From Flavobacteriales bacterium UBA7690 (lineage in GTDB: Bacteria > Bacteroidota > Bacteroidia > Flavobacteriales_F > PHOS-HE28), in NCBI GenBank assembly GCA_002482775.1, contig DLGQ01000035.1:29429-93428 (forward strand): a DNA stretch of 64,000 nt. Reading direction: 5' to 3'. Shown here one piece after another: positions 19,881 to 27,867 of the stretch (positions are counted from its first letter, which is position 1; each line of letters starts with the position of its first letter). The notes beneath the pieces are model-generated. The model ran no database searches. It saw only the letters and a list, made by a program, of their open reading frames with translations, and was not told the DNA's origin. The translations under genes were made by a program, and so were the position numbers.

Positions 19881-20318
19881 AGCGAGTGGTCAAGAGGGTG
19901 GTTACCGCGAGTGAATGGATGGTCGGGTGAGTTGAAGGCGTTATGCAGGTCTCGCACGCGGTTGTGGGCGGTGTGATGCCACCGGAGGAAGCATGGCCGG
20001 ATACGGGATCTCGTCCGGAGCATAGCGTACCGCACGAATGCGGAGCAAAGCATCATGATCACGATAGGATGGGGTAGTGATGGATCGTTGCATGGCTTGT
20101 TCTTTAAGTGGTTCTCGTCAACGAATGTGCCATTACAGGACGTATGACGTAGCGGTCTACCCCGTGGGACACGGAACTGTTGTGGAGCGTTCGGGCCGGG
20201 TAAAGATCTCGCCAATGGGGAGATCCATGCACGCGCGGCACGTAAAGGATGGTGGCGTTCGTGCTGCGGCTTGTGTTTGCACGGATCGTGCGATGGTATT
20301 GGACCGATACACCCGATC

Positions 20319-20687
20319 ATGAACCACCTGGACAACCAATATCTCACATTGAGCAACGCCGTTGATGATCTGCGCAAGCAAGGATATGCCGATGAGCTGA
20401 CCTTGACCGAGGACGGCCTCTTCAACAATGCAGCACAGCTGGACCCCGGTGAGTTCGCCATTGATTCCTTTCATCGCTTTGAAGGTCCCAGCGATCCGGC
20501 GGACATGAGCATCGTTTATGCCATCAGTTCCGAGAACTTAGGTCTAAAGGGGTTGCTCGTGGGAGACTATGGCTCTAACGCACAAGACTTCATCCACCGC
20601 ATGGTGCAGCCTTTGCCCGCTCACGAGCACGAAGGGAACGTACGTCCGGTGCAGCCAGCGCCAGCAGGTACGAACGTGAAGGGCTGA
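20319..20687 (+). CDS. conserved small hypothetical protein (122 aa)
   Basis: ATG 20319 gives MNHLDNQYL. The motif FHRFEGPSDPADMSIVYAISS...GLKGLLVGDYG resembles a small Bacteroidota family that I recall being mislabelled as phosphoribosylpyrophosphate synthetase in some annotations. Confidence 0.6.
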   Translation: MNHLDNQYLTLSNAVDDLRKQGYADELTLTEDGLFNNAAQLDPGEFAIDSFHRFEGPSDPADMSIVYAISSENLGLKGLLVGDYGSNAQDFIHRMVQPLPAHEHEGNVRPVQPAPAGTNVKG

Positions 20688-21098
20688 GCACCGAACGATC
20701 CCATCCGAGTTTCGAGCTTGCGTGTTGATAATAGCGTCAGCGCGGGTTGTTCGGTGAAGGCTTCATCGTTCAACACATACTACAGGGCGTGTTCAGTTTT
20801 GCCCCACTCGTCCCATAGGAAGGATCCTTTCCTCGATCTGTGCGCGGTTGAATTCGGTGCATCATGTTCGGTGACCCACACATGGAAATAGTATGTTGAT
20901 CTGGATCGGGGAACATAGCGGACGGTTTGTGCATCAATCGCCCACCAAACCCGTGACTTGAGATGTCGCCGGATCGGAGGGGTCGTTCACAAAACGCTTA
21001 GCACCAGTTCATTCGGTCCGGATATCGCGCTCACAGAAATGGCGGCGCACACCTTGCTTCAAGAAAACCGAACAGAACATTATCTAACCGAAGAAGCC

Positions 21099-21449
21099 AT
21101 GTCAACGCAGAACAAACCTACCGGACCGAACGGCCCAACTTCAACTCCGAACAACCCAACGAAAGGGAACACCCCGGAGCAGCGTCCATCCGAAGTGCCA
21201 CAACCGGCCACGCCCCGTAAAGGCGCCGAGGAAACGCAGATGGGCAAAGAGGGCAGCCCTGTCACAAGCACGGATAAGAATCTTCGGGATCTTGATCGTA
21301 ACACGCGCGGCAATGACGAGCCGACCGTTGAAAGTGACCTTGCTGTAGAAGATGATTCTTCGAGCCAGGGTGTGACGAACGACCAGCAAGAGCAGAACAA
21401 GCAGACGCGCGATGTACGCGACCCGAAAGGGACCGCTGTTAGGCCTTGA
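21099..21449 (+). CDS. intrinsically disordered hydrophilic protein (116 aa)
   Basis: ATG 21099. The composition is dominated by P/T/N/Q/E/D/K/R with no hydrophobic core. A canonical rho-independent terminator follows directly, which supports transcription of this gene. Confidence 0.5.
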   Translation: MSTQNKPTGPNGPTSTPNNPTKGNTPEQRPSEVPQPATPRKGAEETQMGKEGSPVTSTDKNLRDLDRNTRGNDEPTVESDLAVEDDSSSQGVTNDQQEQNKQTRDVRDPKGTAVRP

Positions 21450-21466
21450 GCATGATCCCTGATGCG

Positions 21467-21503
21467 AAGAACCCGGATCCATCGATCCGGGTTCTTTTGT
21501 TTT
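21467..21503 (+). terminator. rho-independent terminator
   Basis: AAGAACCCGGATC (21467-21479) pairs perfectly with GATCCGGGTTCTT (21484-21496), with a 4-nt loop, followed by TTGTTTTC. Confidence 0.65.
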
Positions 21504-21622
21504 CGGCTATTGTGAGAACGGAATGAGAAGGCCGTAATGGTCTGGTAGGAAGGCAGAACAGCGGACCAATTCTGATCCGCTGTTCCATACCGGGGCACTT
21601 CCACCAGAAAGTACCGTCCAGT

Positions 21623-21982
21623 TCATCTTTCCGGTTCCAAGGCTGGTCGATGTGCAACACAATCGCGCTGCCATCGGTCGAATTGCTCTGCGGTCAGGAT
21701 GTTGCGCACTTCCCCCAGTACGGTGGAGCCATCCGCGTTGGAAATGATATTGCCTTGCTGTTCAGCGTTGCTCGCTGCACATTCTTCCTTGCAGGCCTCT
21801 TGCACCCGTTTCATGCGCTCCAGCTGATCGGTGGTGAGCACCAAACTGGCCCAAACATCGGGGCCGCTCTCCAAGAGGCAGAGTTGGAACGATCGGCTTG
21901 TCAGCGTATCACCAGGGCTCTGCGCATTGGAACCGAAAGGCATTGATATCGAAAGAACAAATACGGGGAAGAGCGCGTTCAT
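21623..21982 (-). CDS. secreted hypothetical protein with LTXXQ motif
   Basis: The internal ATG 21982 gives a signal peptide (MNALFPVFVLSISMPFGSNAQ). The mature part contains LERMKRVQ and ILTAEQFDRWQR, the same motif pair and spacing as the 15504..15929 product. Confidence 0.5.
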   Translation of the reverse strand: MNALFPVFVLSISMPFGSNAQSPGDTLTSRSFQLCLLESGPDVWASLVLTTDQLERMKRVQEACKEECAASNAEQQGNIISNADGSTVLGEVRNILTAEQFDRWQRDCVAHRPALEPER

Positions 21983-22151
21983 GAAGGTGTGGTTGATGTT
22001 GCAGTGTGCCAACTACGTGCCGCGATGATTCCTCAATTGGCTAGCTGCAATGCTGTGCGGAACTTCCTCACATGGGGCCATATCGCCCAGTTGTTCCTGT
22101 TGGCCGAGCAGCGGGGTCGGTGGCACGGTTCTACGCCACGTGTACCGGATA

Positions 22152-22340
22152 ATGCGGGATCTTCTCTTCATAGCTGGTGTGATGCTCGTGGCGGTTGTCC
22201 TATCCGTTATCTTCTTCGGGTACGATTCCATCGACCAGGCCCTGTTCTTCACCATCGTTGGTGCGGTTCTTCTCACCTTGGGAAAGGGTTGGTTCGAAGG
22301 GGCACGGAAGGCACGGCAGGAAAAGGAATTGGCGGAATGA
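22152..22340 (+). CDS. small two-TM membrane protein (62 aa)
   Basis: ATG 22152 lies inside track ORF 22050..22340. The product MRDLLFIAGVMLVAVVLSVIFFGYDSIDQALFFTIVGAVLLTLGKGWF has two hydrophobic helices and a charged tail. No homology was recognised. Confidence 0.4.
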   Translation: MRDLLFIAGVMLVAVVLSVIFFGYDSIDQALFFTIVGAVLLTLGKGWFEGARKARQEKELAE

Positions 22341-22347
22341 ACGGTGG

Positions 22348-23229
22348 TCACCAGACCGCGCCGGCATCCTCTTCCTCTTCCAGCATCTCTTGTACAGGTG
22401 CGGGTAACAGACCCAGGAGATCAAAGCCAGTGCTGTTCTCGATATCGTCAACGCTCACGCGGTAGTCGTACCATTCCAGGCTGGTCGCGTTCTGTGTGTT
22501 CGGAATGTCCACGGCGATAACACGTGCTCCATCGGTCGTGATGCGTTGCAGGTCGTTGGTCCCTTCGGGGATCACCACCATCACTTTCCAATAGCGTGCT
22601 GGCACGGCTATGGCCCCGCCCGCAATGCTTGTGGCATACCCTTGCGAGCCCGTTCCGCCTTCGCCATATCCACCCGCGATGATGTACAGCTCATTATCGT
22701 CCGCAGCAAGGTCCCGCGCGAAGCTCTCCATGTTCGCCCAGGTCTGTTGGTTCATCTGCGGAGCTTGTGGAACGATGTTGCCCATACGGAAGGTGATGGC
22801 ATTGTCCACATCGGAGCCATCGCGGTCCTCGCTGGGGCAGAGGTGTCCACGGTCGAAACCGGTATTGGTGTAGTTGCCTGTCCAAGCCGCGAAATAGCCC
22901 GATGGTATCAACAGGTCGGGCTCGAAACAATCGCAGCGTTCAGCAAGGCCTCGCCAGGCCATGCTCAAGTGCCAGCTCACCCAGTTGGCCTGACCGCGGC
23001 TGTTGTCATACGCGAAGGCATACTGCGGATGCACGATCAGGTGGTTGTTCATCGCCACCACGCTGCTTATGGCGCCGCTGGGGTTGCCCAAGGCCATGTT
23101 ATCGTCGCGGCTGTTGGTGCTTGCTGGTGGAGGTGCAGGCGGCAGCGGTTCCACCACTTCTTCCTGGCAAGCCGCAAAGAAGAGCAGTGTGGCCGGGAGC
23201 AGCCAACGGCAATCGGGATATGAACGCAC
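22348..23229 (-). CDS. DNA/RNA non-specific endonuclease (beta-beta-alpha-Me, DRGH family), lipoprotein
   Basis: The catalytic motif GFDRGHLCPSEDR (DRGH) and the downstream N...Q...N pattern are present. The N-terminal lipobox-like signal is LLPATLLFFAAC. Confidence 0.88.
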   Translation of the reverse strand: MRSYPDCRWLLPATLLFFAACQEEVVEPLPPAPPPASTNSRDDNMALGNPSGAISSVVAMNNHLIVHPQYAFAYDNSRGQANWVSWHLSMAWRGLAERCDCFEPDLLIPSGYFAAWTGNYTNTGFDRGHLCPSEDRDGSDVDNAITFRMGNIVPQAPQMNQQTWANMESFARDLAADDNELYIIAGGYGEGGTGSQGYATSIAGGAIAVPARYWKVMVVIPEGTNDLQRITTDGARVIAVDIPNTQNATSLEWYDYRVSVDDIENSTGFDLLGLLPAPVQEMLEEEEDAGAVW

Positions 23230-23501
23230 GTGTACGGGAGAGGTACGGCGGGCAGGTTGAACGGGAGAGGAAGGGAACCTGCTTCACACAAGGCGAAGCG
23301 GGTGCAAGTTCTGTTCAAGCGAGCACGATAGCAAGTAGAGGATGTATGCTCTGCATGAATGTTCTGTGAAGTTAACCTATAGGGTGATGTGCCGAAGTAA
23401 CCGAATGTTGTGGATCCCATGACGTTCATGCCTGTTAGAACCAAGTCCGCGAACAGAAGGATTTTTGGCGCTCTTCTGCTCGATTGCGATATGTTCGTTG
23501 C

Positions 23502-25820
23502 ATGCGATGCTTCTCGGCGGCGGCCGCTTTCTTGTTCGCACCACTGTTGTTCGCACAGACCACCGGGGTTTTAAGTGGCCGGGTGTTGAACGGAGCAGCG
23601 GCACCGCTTCCTGACGCCACCGTTCAAGCCGTTCTACCAGACACGCAGTACACGACCGTGAGCGGCAGCGATGGCACCTTCCGGTTCGCAGCGCTTCCCA
23701 CGGGCTTGTACTTGATACGCGCAAGTCATGTAGGCCATGCTTCCGCGGAACGATCCGAAGTATGGGTACGCAGTGGAAAGAACGAACGCGTTGAGCTGAA
23801 CCTCTACTACGCCCCGGTAGAACTCAATGCTGTGGAGGTGGAGACGCACTCCATCGAGCGGATGAAAAGCATTTCCAGCATACCGCTCACTGTTGAACAG
23901 AGCTTGCGGTTCCCGGCCACGTTCTTCGATCCTGCACGTTTGGCGATGAGCTACGCAGGTGTGGCTAGCACCAGTGACCAAGCGAACCATTTCAGCATCC
24001 GCGGCAACGGCCCCATGGCCAATGCATGGCTGTTGGAAGGTGCCGAGATCGTAACCCCGAACCACCTCACCAACGCAGGCACCGCCAGCGACCTGCCAAC
24101 ATTGAGCGGTGGCGGTACCACCATCCTCAGCGCGCAGATGCTCGGCACATCGCACTTGCTGATGGGAGCGATGGCTTCGCCGTATGGCAATGCGGTGGGC
24201 GGCATCATGGACCTGCGGCTTCGACCGGGTAGTACCGAGCGGCAAGCTTTCACGCTTCAAGCGGGCCTCATCGGCCTGGACCTCTGCGCCGAAGGGCCAC
24301 TGCGTAAAGGTGGGCGCGCATCGTACCTGATCAACTACCGCTACTCCACGTTGGGCTTGCTGGGCGGCATGGGTGTGGCCCTGGGCGATGAGGCCATCTC
24401 TTTCCAAGACCTTTCATTCCATTTTGCCCTGCCAGTGGGTACCAACGAGCTCACCGTGTTCGGCATGGGTGGCAACAGCAGTAACCGTTTCGCAGCGAAG
24501 GACAGCACTGAGTGGGAATTCGACAAGGACAGCCAGAATATCGATTACACGGCCATGGTGGGTGCGGCCGGTGTTTCCTTCGCGAAAGGACTTGGAAAGA
24601 ACGGTAGTTGGAAGACCACCGCAGTGATCTCCGCCAACGATCAAGAGCGCTTTTCGGAGCGAACGGACGATGTGAGCGGCGCGGCATCGTGGATGTTCCG
24701 TGATACCGCCAGCCTGCTGGAACAGAAGCTCTCGGTGGTCTCGATGGTGAACATGTATGTAGGCAAGCGCGCGCGCGTTGTGATCGGCGGTAGCGCCATG
24801 CAACGCAGTGTTAGCAAGGCGAACAGGTTGGTGAACGAATCGCTCACCGGTTGGTTGCTACGGCCATTCGCACGTATGGAGCGCAACGTGGGCGCACAGG
24901 TGCAGGTGGATCTCGGTCTGGCGTATGCGCTCTGGACGGCCAATGCATCGGCTTGCGTGGAGCCGCGCGTTACCATGCATTGGAATGCGAACGAACGCAA
25001 CAAGATCAGCTTGGGCGCCGGGCAACGCAGCCAGGTACCATCAGTGCAGAACTATGCCCTCCACTATCGGTGGATCGCGCAGCAGCCCATTGCCCCAGCG
25101 GACAATTCCGCGATCGGACTGTTGCGCTCGCAAGATGTGGAGCTCACTTACGAACACCGCTTCACACGCTTCTTCCGCTCCACGCTCACCGGTTTTGTTC
25201 AGCGCCTCTTGGATGTGCCTGTGGGCGGCCAGTTGGAAATGGCCATCAGCGGTGGTGGCTATAGCTTGCTGAACGAGTGGGATGCCCTCACCGTGCTGCC
25301 GCTCACCGCCCAGGGTGAAGGGTTCAACGCCGGTGGTCAATTCAGTTTAGAGCGCACCATGCACCGCAACCTCTTCTACCAGGTGAACGCAACGGTCTTC
25401 AATTCCACGTATTCGGATCGTTCTGGCGAGACCTTCAACACCCGCTGGAACACAGGCGTGATCGCCAACGCGGTACTGGGACGCGAGTTCGTGAAGCAGA
25501 AAGCCGATCGCAAGCGCACCTGGGGAGTGAACGGCCGGTTGAATTACACCGGCGGCCAATGGTACACGCCTCGGGCTGTTCAGATCGGGGAAGTGGTAGC
25601 ACCATACTCCGCGCAACTGAAAGCAGCTTATCGTGTTGATCTTCGCATCTACTTGAAGCGCGAGCGCCAGGGCCGCACCGGCATCTGGTCCTTGGATCTG
25701 TTGAACGCGACCAATGCGCAGAACGAAGCGTATCGTTACTTCGACTTCCGCAAGGGAGAGGAGGTGACCAAGTACCAGCTCGGCCTGATCCCCAACATCA
25801 GTTACCGCGTCGAATTCTGA
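23502..25820 (+). CDS. outer-membrane TonB-dependent-receptor-like protein with N-terminal carboxypeptidase-regulatory-like domain
   Basis: ATG 23502 gives the signal peptide MRCFSAAAAFLFAPLLFAQ. A CarboxypepD_reg-like segment follows (GVLSGRVLNG...VSGSDGTFRFAALPTGLYLIRASHVG), then a plug-like region. The long beta-rich barrel ends in ISYRVEF. Confidence 0.75.
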   Translation: MRCFSAAAAFLFAPLLFAQTTGVLSGRVLNGAAAPLPDATVQAVLPDTQYTTVSGSDGTFRFAALPTGLYLIRASHVGHASAERSEVWVRSGKNERVELNLYYAPVELNAVEVETHSIERMKSISSIPLTVEQSLRFPATFFDPARLAMSYAGVASTSDQANHFSIRGNGPMANAWLLEGAEIVTPNHLTNAGTASDLPTLSGGGTTILSAQMLGTSHLLMGAMASPYGNAVGGIMDLRLRPGSTERQAFTLQAGLIGLDLCAEGPLRKGGRASYLINYRYSTLGLLGGMGVALGDEAISFQDLSFHFALPVGTNELTVFGMGGNSSNRFAAKDSTEWEFDKDSQNIDYTAMVGAAGVSFAKGLGKNGSWKTTAVISANDQERFSERTDDVSGAASWMFRDTASLLEQKLSVVSMVNMYVGKRARVVIGGSAMQRSVSKANRLVNESLTGWLLRPFARMERNVGAQVQVDLGLAYALWTANASACVEPRVTMHWNANERNKISLGAGQRSQVPSVQNYALHYRWIAQQPIAPADNSAIGLLRSQDVELTYEHRFTRFFRSTLTGFVQRLLDVPVGGQLEMAISGGGYSLLNEWDALTVLPLTAQGEGFNAGGQFSLERTMHRNLFYQVNATVFNSTYSDRSGETFNTRWNTGVIANAVLGREFVKQKADRKRTWGVNGRLNYTGGQWYTPRAVQIGEVVAPYSAQLKAAYRVDLRIYLKRERQGRTGIWSLDLLNATNAQNEAYRYFDFRKGEEVTKYQLGLIPNISYRVEF

Positions 25821-25832
25821 ATCTACCTGCTC

Positions 25833-26204
25833 ATGAAACGCGTGCTCAATATTCTCTTCGCTTTGGTCTTCATCGCCTTTGCGGCGCTCAACCTCAATGA
25901 TCCGGATCCCGCCAAGTGGGTGCTGGCCTATGGAAGTGTTGCGCTACTCTTCGCGCTCGCTGTCTTCGGTCGGGCCGATCGGCGCGTAAGCGGTTGGCTG
26001 TGCATCGCGTTGGGTATTTGGATGTGTACCATGCTTCCCGGCATGCTGGACTGGTTGGAAGCCGACATGCCATCACTCACTGAAGAGATGCAGGCATCGA
26101 ACCCGTACATCGAGGAAGTGCGCGAATTCCTCGGCCTGTTCATCGCCGTGCTCGCGCTGACCTTCCTCACCTTCAGCACACCGGATCAAGCCCGGCTAGG
26201 TTGA
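25833..26204 (+). CDS. small 4-TM membrane protein (TMEM220-like, tentative)
   Basis: 123 aa. The N-terminus FALVFIAFAALNLNDPDPAKWVLAYG matches what I recall of the transmembrane-220 family. Confidence 0.55.
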   Translation: MKRVLNILFALVFIAFAALNLNDPDPAKWVLAYGSVALLFALAVFGRADRRVSGWLCIALGIWMCTMLPGMLDWLEADMPSLTEEMQASNPYIEEVREFLGLFIAVLALTFLTFSTPDQARLG

Positions 26205-26249
26205 TGAGCCCTTGATCGTTCACCGAACCGTGGGCGCTCCGAAGGTCCC

Positions 26250-27761
26250 ATGATCGTTGCTCGCTACTTTGGCCTGACCTTTCGCTCTACATTGCGCACG
26301 AACCTCTTCCGCCTCAGTGGCCCGTTGATCGCCTTGGTGGTCTACCTGTTGCTGCAGCACATCGGCGCGGCGGAAGCTGCCATGGCGGGCATCGTAGCGT
26401 GGATGGCCATCTGGTGGATCAGCGAAGCGGTGCCGTTGGCTGTCACGTCGTTGTTGCCGTTGGTGCTCTTCCCGATCCTGGGCATCGACACCGTTTCCGG
26501 CACGGCGGTCAACTACGGCAAGGAGATCATCTTCCTCTTCCTCGGCGGATTCCTGCTTGCCTTGGCGATGGAACGCGCACAACTGCATCGGCGCATCGCG
26601 TTGCGCATCATCGACCGGGTAGGCGGCACAGGCCCGCGGTTGATCGGTGGAATGATGATCGCGTCCGCCTTGCTCAGCATGTGGATGAACAGCACCAGTT
26701 GTGTGCTGGTTATGCTTCCCATCGCGCTCAGTTTATTGGATGGTGATGGCGACCCCGCGCTGCGCAAGAAGTTGACCGTTCCGTTGTTGCTCGCCGTCTC
26801 GTTCGGTGCCACCATCGGCGGCATGGCAACACCCGTGGGGACCCCGCCGAACTTGGTCCTTCTGGAGATCTGGCGTGATCGATACCCGGATCGACCGCCC
26901 ATCGGCTTCGGGCAGTGGATGACCTTCGGTGTGCCGCTGATGATCGTGTACCTCACCATCGCGTGGTTGCTCATCACCAAGGTCGTTTTCAAAGTACCCA
27001 ACACGCATCTCAGTTCTCCTACGGAAGTGCGCGAACGGTTGAAAGCACTCGGTCGGGTCTCCACGTCTGAATGGTGGGCGGCCATCATCTTCGGCATCAC
27101 CGCACTGCTCTGGGTCACGGGTGATGACATTGTTTTCAGCGATACGTTCACCTTGCACGGCTGGCGCTACTGGACCGGGTTCGAAGCCCTCACCGACGCT
27201 GGTGTAGCGCTCTTCGGTGCGCTACTGCTCTTCCTTATACCGGTACCGCGTATGGGCAACGATGCACCCATTGCGGATGAAGAAGTGAACAAGCCTCCCT
27301 TCACGCTACTTACTTGGAAGTATGCTGAAGCACATGTGCCGTGGGGCATTCTTCTTTTGTTCGGTGGTGGCTTCGCACTCGCGCATGGCATCGACAAGTC
27401 GGGCCTCGCCATACAGTTGGTTGCAGGTATGCAGAACCTGAAGGACCTACCGCATAGTGTGATGATCGCAGCCGTTTCCGGCATGGTCTGCGTCCTCAGC
27501 GAACTCGGTAGTAACACCGCCGTGGCCAGTCTTGCACTGCCCATTCTGGCCCAAAGTGCCGAAGCGTGGGGCATGGATCCACAAGCCCTTTTGGTACCCG
27601 CCACCCTGGCCGCGACTTTGGGGTTCGCCCTGCCCGTGGCGTCGCCCATGCAAGCCATCGTTTTCGGCTCCGGACGCATCCCGGTAAGGGAAATGGTACG
27701 GGTGGGAATATGGATGGACCTGGTCGGAATTGCCCTTTTGACGCTCTTATTCGGCTGGTGA
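26250..27761 (+). CDS. SLC13/DASS family anion:sodium symporter (permease)
   Basis: 503 aa and polytopic. It carries the duplicated hairpin motifs of DASS transporters (GGMATPVGTPPN and ELGSNTAVASLALP). Confidence 0.9.
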   Translation: MIVARYFGLTFRSTLRTNLFRLSGPLIALVVYLLLQHIGAAEAAMAGIVAWMAIWWISEAVPLAVTSLLPLVLFPILGIDTVSGTAVNYGKEIIFLFLGGFLLALAMERAQLHRRIALRIIDRVGGTGPRLIGGMMIASALLSMWMNSTSCVLVMLPIALSLLDGDGDPALRKKLTVPLLLAVSFGATIGGMATPVGTPPNLVLLEIWRDRYPDRPPIGFGQWMTFGVPLMIVYLTIAWLLITKVVFKVPNTHLSSPTEVRERLKALGRVSTSEWWAAIIFGITALLWVTGDDIVFSDTFTLHGWRYWTGFEALTDAGVALFGALLLFLIPVPRMGNDAPIADEEVNKPPFTLLTWKYAEAHVPWGILLLFGGGFALAHGIDKSGLAIQLVAGMQNLKDLPHSVMIAAVSGMVCVLSELGSNTAVASLALPILAQSAEAWGMDPQALLVPATLAATLGFALPVASPMQAIVFGSGRIPVREMVRVGIWMDLVGIALLTLLFGW

Positions 27762-27819
27762 ACAAGAGGTTAGCGCTGGTTTGACCTGTTTTGGGTCTTC
27801 TAGGGCTGGTCAGGATAAA

Positions 27820-27831
27820 TTGACCGGTCAA
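27820..27831. promoter_or_regulatory. perfect 12-bp palindrome TTGACCGGTCAA in the leader of the AIPR-like gene
   Basis: Seen directly in the sequence. Additional half sites are TTGACC at 27781-27786 and GGTCA at 27808-27812. It lies 37 nt upstream of ATG 27868. Confidence 0.4.
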
Positions 27832-27867
27832 GGTGGTATGAAGCCGGGTTTTTGCGATTTTAGGACC

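Noticed and set aside
19877-20461. Minus-strand 194-aa ORF spanning the 19881-20318 spacer
   Set aside because: The translation is S/R/P/C-rich and lacks hydrophobic periodicity. It overlaps the start of the better-supported plus-strand gene at 20319 and has weak GC3 bias.
23230-23501. Possible cobalamin or other riboswitch in the 272-bp leader of the TonB-dependent-receptor-like gene
   Set aside because: I looked for the B12 box (GCCACTG core with the flanking GGGAA / GGTG-AA-TCC context) and for TPP-type CTGAGA...ACCTGATCTGGATAATGCCAGCG elements. Only a fortuitous AGGAAGGGAACCTGC was present, without the B12 box. Rfam cmscan would be decisive.
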